DNA from: Balanoglossus misakiensis
Lineage: Eukaryota > Animalia > Hemichordata
Length of the DNA: 64,000 nt
Assembly (NCBI GenBank): GCA_040954595.2
Contig: CM082576.2
Coordinates: forward strand, 4,500,760-4,564,759
Reading direction: 5' to 3'
Part shown: piece by piece, positions 1 to 12,600 of the stretch
Position numbering within the stretch: the first letter of the stretch is position 1
How the letters are laid out: each line of letters starts with the position of its first letter
Program-made: the position numbers and the translations under genes
The notes under the pieces: generated by a model
Told to the model about the DNA's origin: nothing
What the model saw: only the letters and a program-made list of their open reading frames with translations
The model's database searches: none

Positions 1-712
1 TGTGTGTAATGCCCCACCACTTAAAATTGTTCAAGTGAAGCTGTCAGTACTAAAATTGTGCAAATGAATGGGAAAATGTTCAAATTATTTTTTTTTTAAT
101 GAGAATTACTGGCAAAACTACCTTGGGTGGAAAATATATTGAAATGTTCATTTTGTGCTGATATCTCAGATTTTCTATTTCAGTGAATATTAACTTTAAA
201 AAATCAAGAAAATGACAATTATAGTATTTTCTTGCTTCGAATTCGTACATGCAAGTTTATGGAATCTGTGAAAAACTGCAAAACCTTTACAGGGTCTACC
301 TCCCACTTTTTTAACTCAGCAAGATTCAAGGAGCCGGAGATTACCTGTCAAAAATGAACCAGTGAATTGTTCTAGGGAAAAGTCGTTCACTTTTGGCATC
401 GGTGACCGCATTGGCAATATATATCTTATAAAGTGAGAAATTTTCACTGAGTTGGGGTAGAGTTTTTTTAAATCCGACATAGACGACTTTCCCTTTTCTT
501 GAGTCCAACGAAAGCGCCACCAACCGTATCGATTAAGCACGTGTCATGCACCGCCCACAATGCAGCCAACAAAGACGCGAAAGTGAGTGTACTCGTTACA
601 CAAGCCGGCGCGGCATAGTCTGTAGTTGCACATCGATCGCGTTCATTCGTCTGCCGCAGAACCAACACCACTTTCACTAAAAAATAACTGGTTTCGGTAT
701 TTTTATACAAAA

Positions 713-3700
713 ATGGGAGCTCGGGTGACTAGAACTGACTTCGAGTGGGTGTACACTGAAGAGCCCCACGCAACAAGGAGGAAAGAAATCCTGGGTAAGT
801 GATTTACATTCGCTCGTGATGCGCACATTTTTGCAGTCTCCAGCTCACACCTCGGAAGACCCGACACTCGAAACCTTTTTCTTTTCTACTGTGACAGGGT
901 CACGGAAATGTGTATCAGTGATCTTTTCCAGCCTATTCAATGCATAAAGGCCCGGGTCTGAAAACATTTTATGTCAAGATTTCTGTGAAAGTAAGGGATG
1001 CTGAGCTGGAGGGCTGAAGTGATGTAGAATACACTGTTCGGGCATGTCTGCTGATGATGAAATCTTGACGATTACGTGTCAGCCTCGCGACGCAGCTGAT
1101 TTATCGGAAAGTTCTGCGTGTATCACCTGTCAAATTAAAATCTCGACCGTTTTGCGAATGCGTGGTATAATATGGTTACTACTTTAACGCGCCGCATCTT
1201 CTATCTAATTGATTTGAAGAAGTTTCTGTCTGGTGAGGTCAAGATGTACGGTCTGACAACGTACGTGACTTACTTTGAACGCTCGCGCTCGCACGTACGT
1301 AATAAACACATTTTTTTGTTTTTTGCTCATTTCAATTTAATGGAGAAATCGGACACTTTGGGGAGCTGATTAATATAAAATGATTAATATAAACTTTTTT
1401 CTTGATGTTTGCCGGTGCCCCCGAAAAAAGTCAGAGACCTGAGAAAGTTGATATAAAATTGGCATAAAACAAAAATAAATGAACGTGTGGTCACGTCGGA
1501 CAATGAGTACATGTAGTTCAGTTTATGCATACTCCTTGCGAGGATTTTATACGCGACCAGAGAAATTGACGACTGACAGAGTGAAAAGGATATGTGTAGT
1601 GTGATAAACATCACGCCACATTTTGCCGGCCGGTCTGCTGAGCGGGTGGTCATGCCAACTGTCACGCCTCCCCAACCCATGACCGGTAAGCAGGGCAGGC
1701 AAGGTCACACAACGAGTGCGCCCCACTCTGTGTCCGAAGTTAAGTGTATCATGTGTATGGTTGGTCATTCAATCTTCAAAATTTGCACGAAAACGTCCAA
1801 ACCCTTGGATCTAAATAAAGTGCTGTCTCCCCCAAGATTCCAAGAGTTAAATTGTCATGATTTATTAGTTTACTTCAAAGGAAAATTCCCTAAACTTTTG
1901 TTCTAATGGAGTAATCTTCAATTAAATTTAACATATAATTTATTTGGTGAAAATGGAAATCAGAAGTTTGGTGTATGCATAAACACTTGTACCTAGTGTC
2001 TACACTAGTACAGTGTATAGAGAAACAGTGTTTTTTCGAAGCCTGTTCTTTTGACATTGCAAGTGTTGCTATGTTAGGAAATAAAATTAACAGAAAGAAC
2101 AATATCTGGAAACCTGTTATGCAAGTCTGTGGTTTGTTGAGGGATAAGTCTTCCTGAGCTACAGGGCTTCTGACAGGCTCCAGAATTTGACTGTAGTTTT
2201 CAAGTGATAGCTACTTGAATGCTCAGCAATGGTCCATTATTCATCCAGCGGGAAATTCTTTCGATGCAGTATATTATACTTTATTCAGTAAAGCATTTCT
2301 AGAAAAAAAAATCATACTTGAATGAAATGAAAACACGCAAAGTTCGAGTCCAGATAATTCAAATTGCAAGATACATTTGTGTTGTACCAGAAAGGCCTGT
2401 GTGTTGGATGTAAAAAAGAAACATCAGCCATGATCAGGTAAGAGACTGAGCATGATAGCACGGACACGTGACAGTAATGGCATGTTCTCGTTGTCATTGT
2501 TGAGAAACAAAGCCTGATCTCGAATGAATAACGCTTCCACTCTATGGTCTTTGAAGGTGGGCTGGAAACCATTGACTAGTGTTTTGTGATGTGTAGCACA
2601 GCCGACAATCATCTGCTGGGAATCTTTCTGATCGAAAGATCAGTTTTCTTCACATACATGATGAATTATGGTAGTCATTTTTCCCCATAATTTTATGACA
2701 CGGTAAATTGACATATGTCAAATAATTTTGTAAATTTTGTCTTTATACATTGAAATTAGCATTCACCACACTATCATTTTCTGTATACTGGTATACTGTC
2801 AATTGCAGTTTTGATAATTATTTCACATTTCCAAAAAAAAAAAAAATAACTGGTATCTTCTGGGAGAAATCCATAACTGGAATGTCATTGATGACACAAC
2901 TGCTGTCTCAATGATTGTATTATAAAAGGCAACGTAATATGATATGCTGCATTGAACACCACTCAGTGTGCCCAAGGTTTATATTATCCAAGGTTATAAT
3001 AATCTGGCATGCTGTGCCCTTCATTTATTTTTGTATCTAGGTCAAGTTGGATAGAAAAAGGCCATTGCAATAATATAGGTATCAGATAAGGCTAGAAATG
3101 GCGACGTGGGCAAACAGTAAAAGAAAAAAAATATCTGTCACTGTGGACAATACATGTATTTTAAAATTGTACTCTTTCTTCTTTTTGATGTTCTGTCTGT
3201 CAAACTTGGGTAAAATTAATGCAAGATGATTTTATAAAACCAGACGAGTGAATTCATGATTTGATGATGATAATGATGATGAACTGAGCCCCTATTTAAA
3301 TTATTTAAAAAATAGTGTATTTTGCATGTGGATTTAAAAAATGATGTCATTGAAGTATTATATGCGTAGGAGTAGATAGATGTACAACTAGATGGTTCAG
3401 CTTGTTTTATCCCGAACACACAGATCATACTGCATAAATTGAAATGAATCAAAATACATTGTGTAATATCAAAAGTACCTTTTTCTGTTTGAGAAGTATA
3501 TTACAGAACTGCCAATAGTTCAGAGGTCAACATGCTCACACCATCTGACATCACAATGCATTGTGTCTAGCTTTCCCTATTTTAACCTTAGGGCCCCATT
3601 TAAAAATGCATTTGTTTCCATTAGACAGTAGAGCTTTTTCTTCATTAACATTCTGCTAAAAACTTGATTATTAATTAAGTTACATATTTGAAATTTTATG

Positions 3701-6700
3701 TCCCAGCTATATTTGCATGGTTGTGATCTGCCTTGTTAAATTGTCTGTCAGACCTGATAGATGTAATTTTCTTCCATAGGTCTGCTCGTACAAGAACTTC
3801 CCTAAATGATATTAATTAATTTATCTAGGATGAGTTTGATCGTGTCCTCTGGGAGTATAGCATGGTTCATTGGTTGTGTGACACTATGAAAGCTGTCCAG
3901 GATTATAAAGTTGAATCGGTCATCCATCGACATCAATAGCCAGGCTGTTGAATTTTTAAATCCCTTTTACATTTCAACTGCAATAGTTGTGTATTTGTAG
4001 CACCCCCCCTCCAAACTACAAAAAGCAGCTTCACTTGCGCTGTTGTTTAAATATTTCCATTCTGCTCTTCAGTGAAAAAAATACTAAAAAAGACAAGCTA
4101 CAGATTTGACAAATGCACAGAATTCATCTACAGTAATTGAATGTGTGGTGCGGAGGCTATATAACAGGACAAATTACCATAAAAGCAATTGTTCACAGGA
4201 TTTGCAGAAGGCACCGCCGCCCATGTCAATTTACAACCTCATTTCTGATGGAAGGACGCATGTTACTTTTTTTCCGTTGTCTCGAAGTACCCACAGCTTG
4301 TCTAGACACTCAGCCACAACTGTCAAACTCAGTTCAGGGACTGACTGCAGCTCTTGTATCGATTGTCATTGTGATACACCTGATACACAACAAAATGTCG
4401 TCCATTCATTGTTCTGTGCATGCAGGCTTTTTAGGAGCAGAGTGCTACTGTTCAATTCATCACAAGACTATTTCGACACGGCTAATGTATGTTTGTGTAC
4501 CAGCTTGTTGAGATGTAGTATATATACACACTGTCTGACAAGTGTGATTGCATGAAACGTGTACCATACTAGTCAAAGCTGTTGGCACCCTCATAAATTC
4601 TTAGAATCATTCATTATTTATGACCAAACCACCAACTGAAACTTTGAATTGTTTTACACAATATTCTGGATTCCACACTAAATACAGCTTCAGTTCAGCT
4701 GCCCATAATTGCATGTATTTCTTCTCCTGGACCAAGGTTTTAAATCAAATACAGTTGAATTTCAGATCATTTCACAATCATTTCAAGTTGAAGTTTGTTT
4801 TGTAACTCAATCCTCCGCTATTGTTTCTATTTCTAACAATGAGCTTGATCTGGTGACCCAGGTATTAGAATAGTAGAATAGATTCTTACGCAACCCTGTC
4901 TGTGGCTACATAATGCTCATTAGTTTGTTACAGCAAAGTTCATAGGCCCATTAAGCTCCTGTTGTTTGCCCCAAAGTTGTGTAAATCCTTATCATTCAAT
5001 GGTCTCCCTATTAGTAAATGTAAATAGATGAGCTCTTTTTTAGGGCTGTTTTAATAGTACCACATAGATGACCATGGGAAAGTCTAAGCTATATTTATAG
5101 AAGTATGTGTACTTACTTGTAAATTTTAACCACCCCACTTGGCTTCAAGTGTGCTAATATTTGATTTCTGTAAAAGTTATATAGACAACAATAATCGTGA
5201 CTATCCAATAGATCTTCACTGGGCGTGGCACATAATTACCGGCAAGGCTTTTATAGAAAAGACGAAGAAAACACTTCTTCTTGGCTAATACTACTGTTAT
5301 AAGTGATTGGTAGTTTATAATTATAAAAAAATCATTTTGGGTTGACAACCAACTAACACATGCTGTAGTGAGCCTCTCTGCATACCATTTATTTGGTTGT
5401 CAATGAATAAAATTGACAATTTATATTTATGCTGGTATTTGCTGTGGAGATGCAACTGTGATGTGACAATGTATTGTGGCGTGTGTGACTGTGACGTGGT
5501 GTGCAGTGACCCGAATGAACTTTTGGTATATTTATACTACAAAAGAACAATACATTGCCACATCAAAAAGTTGCATCTCCATAACTACATGTACATGTCA
5601 CTGGATGTGAGTTGAATTGCAACAATGGTGATTGTTGAGTACATTTCAACCATGTGTGGAGAGACCGTGTTTCTACCATTCCTAAATGTTGGCTCAGATT
5701 GTTTAACAATGAATTCATCACTCTTTTTAACATTCCGTTTCTGCTTTTTTGGTGTGAGACCATGTGACGGGTCGACTACCGGCAGAACGTGACAGAGCAT
5801 GATGTAATGCCTTCTGTATGGCCGATTCAACTCAATGCGTCATCACTGTGGGTTGAATAAGTTTTGTGGCTGCTGACATAAACGTTGCAGCACACTCAAA
5901 GATCTCTTTGACCGGCTCATGTAATAGAATCTGAAATGCACATTCAGTAAAAAGATTATCTCCTGAAAGGGAAAGAAGGTATTAGGGAATTCAAGGGACC
6001 AGCAGGTCAGAGAATAAGATCAAAAGGGCAGACTTTTATGCAAGATTCAATGTGATGCAACTAGGGAATATTGATTGCTGGTGTTTTATGGGATATTGAT
6101 CACACTGGGTTTAGGAGGAGTCATTTGTCTTTGGGATCTTCAGGGTGACGTCACCTTCATAATAATTACTCAGTCCACAACACGTCGATCGTTCTGGGGT
6201 ATGTCAAAGTACTGAAAGAAAGCCATATTCTAGTAGCCAGGTTCACACCTTCAGTTTAGATACGGTCTTGCTACTCCACTATGTGGCGTGACCATGCTGG
6301 TCAAACTGGACCCAGGTGAACTGAAGAACTTTTGCTTTACCCAGTAATATCTCACTATACATATCACCAGCCATCTTGGTATGAATAATCACGTCAAGCT
6401 GCTCTCAGTGATAATAAAATCAGTCATTTTGATCATAAAAAAGAAAGTGATTCATGACAAGTGTTTTTATAATTCATATCAGCCAGTACTTGATGACAAT
6501 TTATCTCGTATTCCGTGATTGTGGTGGCATTCCAGTGCTGGATAAGCATTATAATATTTTCATGTGTCGTTCACAGCTAAATATCCAGAAATCAAGAGAC
6601 TGATGGGTTGCGATGCAAAGTTGAAGTACATCGTCATTGCCATGGTGTTGGTTCAGCTAATAGCCTGCTATCTTGTCAAGGATGCATCGTGGACTACTTT

Positions 6701-8163
6701 GCTTATTGCTGCTTACTGTTTCGGTGGTGTGATCAACCACTCCATGACACTGGCCGTGCACGAAATCTCACACAACCTTGCCTTCGGTCACAGTAGGCCC
6801 TTGCACAACCGCATTTTGGGCATTTTCGGGAACCTGATCATCGGAATCCCGCAGTCGGTCACCTTCAAAAAGTATCACTTAGATCATCACCGCTACCAAG
6901 GTGACACTGACCTGGACATGGATATACCGTCCAGACTGGAAGGACAGCTGTTCTCCCACACTCTCACGAAGCTGATATGGGTCATACTGCAGCCGTTTTT
7001 CTACGCGCTACGACCGCTGTTCCTCAACCCGAAGCCGCCCACCGCGCTGGAGGTCATCAACGTTGTCGTTCAGCTTGTCTTCAACGTTGCCCTCGTCTAC
7101 TTCTGGGGGGTCAAACCGCTGGTGTATCTGATCGCCGGCTCGCTGCTCGCCATGGGGCTGCACCCGGTGGCCGGGCACTTCATCTCGGAACATTACATGT
7201 TCAAGAAGGGCTTCGAGACGTACTCCTACTACGGCCCGCTGAACGCCATCACGTTCAACGTGGGATACCACATGGAGCACCACGATTTCCCCAGCATTCC
7301 CGGAAGCAGGCTGCCCATGGTAAGTGTCCAGTCATCCGTATCCATCGCTGTGTGAGTTGCCCTGGGAGACGGACAATGTCCTGACACGTACCGGTACTCC
7401 GAAGCAACCGTAACTAAAAGACAGACTTTGAAAATTCTGTAAATTTTATAAGCCTTACTGCCATTGTCCCTAGTGTGATGCATGATCACAGAGCTCAGAT
7501 TATCTGTACGGTGTGTGGTTATGTGACAGACGACTACTAGATCAACTAGAGCAAGCATACATTAATCATATATTTAATGTGTGTTTGGTGTCAAAGGGGG
7601 CACTTAGATGATCTGTGGTCCGTGTCCACATAAATTACAGTCAGTACATACACACACACACCTGTGTGTAGCTCAGCTGGGTATCATGTCACATTCTCAA
7701 CGGAGATTAGCGTAGTTATGAAGTCTATCAGTTGCTCACAAAAGAAGCAGGAAGTTGATGTTCTGAATAAATGCATGATTTACCTAATGCATGCTTCATC
7801 TCTATTCCTGTGATGTGGACAGTTTGTTTTCATTCAGTGCATTTAATACATCTCTTCAAATTTGCCTATCACAGCCGTTGTAAATTTGTCCAAGGATATG
7901 TACATACTTGTAAAGTCAATTAGGAGGCTGTTGATTCTGTAGCAAAAGTTACAAACCAGATATGAAGTGAATATGCTCACATACGAGAATTTTTTTCCTT
8001 GCAGGTGAAGAAGATTGCTGCTGAATACTATGATGACATGCCTCATCATGACTCCTGGGTCCAAGTGCTGTATGATTTTGTCATGGATCCAGACATTGGT
8101 CCGTATGCGCGCATCAAACGGAAGCAAAAGTGCAGTAATGGTCAGACGTCTAAAGACAAATAG
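713..8163 (+). CDS. DEGS1: Sphingolipid delta(4)-desaturase (DES1/DEGS family), 3 coding exons: 713-794, 6577-7319, 8005-8163; ~327 aa
   Basis: Exon 1 [27 protein letters not shown], then GT-AG joins in phase to AKYPEIK. Three His boxes (HEISH, HLDHH, HMEHH). C-terminus [20 protein letters not shown] at 8161-8163. Confidence 0.96.
6577..7319 (+). CDS. DEGS1: DEGS1 exon 2 (catalytic core with the three His boxes)
   Basis: ORF 6564..7355; acceptor TCACAG at 6576, donor GTAAGT at 7320. Confidence 0.95.
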
Positions 8164-9455
8164 TTCTCTACTCATCAAGTGTCATTATATACCGCCTCTT
8201 CTTTTGTATTCCCTGTCTTCTTATAAAAGTCTGCTTTCTTGCAACGAAGAGCTGGAAACAGTGGCAGAATTTTCCTGCCACCAAGCAGTATTATTGTTGT
8301 GTTTCGGGGAGGGGAAGATTATCCAATGTGAGTTTTGGAATATCTGCTTCTTTACTGTGTGTGCCATTAGTGAAGAGATTGATCAAACATCTTTTGGTTG
8401 AAGTCTGATTGCTGCAGTTTATTATACTGAACTGAGTGAGTTTTTGCTATGTGTGGCTGCTATACATCATGGCTAGGAAAAAATGAAAACACTGACAATT
8501 CAGAAAATGTTGGTGGAAATCTTTCCTTCACATACACAGAAATTCACTCAGACACTAGTCACAGTGTGCAATTTTTGATCAATAAAATATTTCCCATATT
8601 GTATGTTTTGCAATATTACAATGCAAAAGTAATGCAATAGATTTGATGTTTTCTATTTTGTATTTTTATCTGGAATTGTGCTATATGCTAAAAGAGTACA
8701 GAACCATTACTTAAACTGTTTTATTTTACTTTCTAAGCATCATTAAAATAATCTAATGCGTACGAAGGGTGTTCATCGAAAGAAAAATCTGAAATAAGGG
8801 TTTCAGTGCTGAAATTTTTCTTCTTTTCCCGTGCAAGTTGTAGACAATGAGGGCTGTTAGAGATGATGGCAATAATTAAATAAAATTATTGTTACTATAC
8901 ATTTACCCTACCCCCCTTCTTCACTTGTCAGTTTTCTTTTGTTCAATCCATAGCTCTTATTTCTTTGACAAATTACATTTACAATGTCATCATTACTGTT
9001 CCCTCTTTTTCCTTTATCCTTGCTGCGGTTACTTTTACTTTGCGTTTCACCTGGAAATCAAACTCTACTTTCTGGCAGAACAGGCAAAATGGTGTTTTGC
9101 TTTGGAAGTTTGAGTATTTACACTTAACCATGTTGCCAAGGACATTCTGTGTACCGCGGTACATGTGGTACTTAAAAAAGCCACAATTTTTACCCTATCT
9201 GTTGCTATTTCCTTACTTGTAACAGTACTGCAATGATTCCCTCCGGGGATTTCTGATAACAGTATTGGCTAATTTGCATAAAAATGAAATGTTTATCTCA
9301 AAATTTTAAAGGGGAGCAGCCGATGCTTTTTGATTGCTCTGAGGAGAATACTGTTACTGGGTTTGCAGGTGCTAAGATGTATCCTTTTGGAAATGTTTTA
9401 AATATTTCACTGTTTGTAGTGTGACAATACAGTCATTATTAGCATTACAGTTACA

Positions 9456-9657
9456 GGCCACTTTCATGACCCTTATATGACCTTTACATCCTGGCATTTT
9501 GTTGATACTACAGTAGTTCATTTTGAGTTTAAACTCTGGAACAGTCAATCATGCATTACTCAAAAAGGGCTGAATTGTATTCAATGTTGAATGATGTATG
9601 ATGTCATACCAACAAAACACCAGGATGTAAGGTTACTCAGGGGTCATGAAAGTGGTC
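9456..9657. repeat. ~50-bp imperfect inverted repeat (MITE-like) in the DEGS1 3' region
   Basis: ggccactttcatgaccct..acctttacatcctggcattttgttgata (9456-9507) pairs with taccaacaaaacaccaggatgtaaggt..ggggtcatgaaagtggtc (9607-9657). Confidence 0.75.
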
Positions 9658-12600
9658 CTTTGCTATTTCTGTCCAAGCAAATACAAGAGTTATTGTTTTT
9701 TTAGTCCACACTGGCTACCTTTTAAGATCTGATACTTTTCTTATAATGTATTCTACAGTTTGGACTTTATATCCTGCTTGAACCAATGGACCAGTTACTT
9801 CTTTTTGTAAGGAAAAAGTCTTCTTCTGTGGAGGTTAACTTAATACTCCTGCTTGACACAAAAAGCCGTATTTAACTGCTTCGGTTTTTCTTGCCAAGCA
9901 TGCAGTGTGTCTTGTGGTATTGTGACTTGTGTATAGAACCAGTAGAGGTGCCTTCAATGTGAAGGTTTTATGTCGGTGTTTGATGTTGTCAAGTGACATA
10001 AATTGCTGCATGTAGAATTGTAAATTGCTAAAAAGAGAATGGTCTTGACTGTCCTTGTCGTTGCTCTTTTCAATAAATATTTACTCCAGTCCACAAAATA
10101 CGGTGTGTTTTGCTGTTATTCTGCTCTCTGGTCCTACAAGGTCTCTTGTCAGATGAACAGTAAATCATGCAGCGTTAAAAATAGTGGACTGTTATCATTC
10201 CTTCTGCAGCGCAAGTGTAGCTCTCTACAGGATATGTCTGATGGAGCTGGCAAGGGCACGGTTTATCTGGGCGTTCCACTCAGCAAGAGTATAATGAGCT
10301 CTTGACAGCGAGTGGTGTAGATAGTCAACCTATGATAGTTTTTTTCTTCAGTACTTCCACCATTTTTTTCTTCTGTTCATCACACTACGGTGGATACAGA
10401 TTATAATGAGAACCACAACAAAGGGGAAGCTGTAATTTGAAACTGATATCAAATTACGCCCCAGGGGAAATGACAATCATAGTTCATTATAAAAAAAATT
10501 AATTTATGAGTAGTACCAAGCTCTCGGTGATGTGGACGACTTTACATGCAACAGATGTTGGTTATAGAGAATTGACTAAAAATTACATCACTCATAATTA
10601 TTACAAAAATAACCTTAGCTGACCCTTTGTTTCCCCGTAGAAATGCCCACATCAAAAATACAGGCCTTTTAAAGGCCCAAATAACAAAAATCTACGTTGT
10701 CAAAGCACCATTTTTATGAATGGCACAGTGCAGGACAGAGTATCATTGGATTTTTAAGTCAAACATACATGGTGTGCAACAGTGCTGACATTTTAATCAT
10801 ACACAAATACAGAACACATAGGACAGGAAATGTAGCTTTCAAGATTCACACAGAAATGTCAATATGCAACTCTCACAATTGGCATTTCAGGAAATGTTAC
10901 TTTGCAGAACTAATATACACATTGAAAGCTCCAGTGTGTAAATCCCTTGCAATTTGCATTCCCTGTTGACCTTCCTTGCAATAATGAGTAATCGTTGATG
11001 ACTCAGTCGCTGGTAATTGATGGAAATAGAAGGGGAAATAAAAGACACCAATAGAGTATTCATCTGGGTGGAAAAAGATGACATTTTTATTTCAAAAGTT
11101 TCTTGATTCAACAATAATTTGTGATAAGATCAGAGAAACTGACATATGAACCAAGAGTCCCATAAATAAATTAACTTTTATTATTTCAAGGGTTGCATAT
11201 GTTTCACTTCAGGCAAGACATTCTTAAATCACTCAAAACAGACCAAACTGCATGTACACTGATGCACTTTACAAAAAGCTGACCACAGGAATAGAAATTC
11301 TGAGCGAGGACACATTTTCTAGGATCACACAGAAATGTCTACACGGTCCTCTCATTAATCGACTGTGTCTGGTAGTCAGCAATGCTCTCAGATTTACAGA
11401 ATTCATTTGTTCATGCATGACTGAAAACTGTTCATTTATTATGGGACAAATATACGCTGACCCTTGGGTCATCACGTTATTTTCATACAATAACGTTCTT
11501 GTCAAAGAATTCTGAATTGCTTTCAGTTCCAGTCACCAGAGCCAACACTTCTTAGTGTTTTAATCATGCTAATAAAACAGCATATTTAATATCTAAATAC
11601 ATGTAGTAAAAATTCCATAACACAACAGAATTCATAGTTACCTTTGCCCCTTTCATCAGTATATAATCCTGCAATTTACTGTATTTTGTGCATTTCCGAA
11701 CACATTAACAGCACAATCTTAATAAAAATACCAGCCTAAGCACACAAACAGGACAAGCACGGACACGTAGAAATTTCAGGCCCTTAAACTCTTGGGTACG
11801 ACTGGCAACCGTGGAAAAAGTAACTTTCAGACATGAAAGAATTTCTTTCAGACATTTTTATTATATAGGTGTGAAAGCCCAATGTTTGGACAAACAACCC
11901 TTAACTAAACCCAACCCCATTTTACTTGGCTTGGGTTTTCTACTGTTTTTAAGTACTTGTGCACTTTCTTTCAAGCAAAGTAGGTGCCACAAAAGTCTAA
12001 TGCCTAGGGTTTTTTTCTATTTGTGCAAAGAATATGACAACAGATTTACTGTAATCCGATCAGAGTTTCGTGTAAAGGTAATCCTCCCCGAGTGTTTAAA
12101 ATTGCATGAACATCTTCTGGCAGCAGTGCTAGTGCAGAACAATACAACTTCCTGAGGTGGTTTTCATCGATAAATTCTCATTCTCTGAACAAATACATGT
12201 AACATCACAACAACAGTTTATTTACGGTTTGTATAACAAAATACATGGATAGAAACTTTAGTCACTTGTAAGTTGAACTGATGCACAATGAACGCTGCAA
12301 TAACAGCAAATTCCACAGAGTCAACTCAGTCGATCTCAGTTTGCCAATAACACGTTTCCTTCTGAATACTTGTCTGTTGTCCACGGCAGCAGCACTGACA
12401 TGTCATGACCCCCAGCACTGTACGTTTGGTTTGTCCAACCGATGGTACGTCTGTTCCGTGAGATTTCATGAAAACGTCAGGAACAAGCTGGAGTCAATTC
12501 TCTGGAGAACCACGGCAGTGAACTTTCAGTCAGCGGTTTACTTGGAACTTGGCTTCAACCAGCGAAGTCTCTTCCTACACATTTCCCAAACTTGCAAACC

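Noticed and set aside
374-493. Short inverted repeat GGGAAAAGTCGT / ACGACTTTCCC upstream of DEGS1
   Set aside because: Too short and imperfect to call an element without copy-number data.
1052-1100. TGATGA...CTGA resembling a C/D snoRNA in DEGS1 intron 1
   Set aside because: Only ~48 nt, with no terminal stem or recognisable rRNA guide.
4106-4555. Overlapping 149-aa and 124-aa ORFs in DEGS1 intron 1
   Set aside because: Non-ATG starts, no domain motifs and no coding-like composition.
7666-7730. tRNA A-box-like TAGCTCAGCTGG
   Set aside because: No B-box or cloverleaf follows; at most a SINE remnant.
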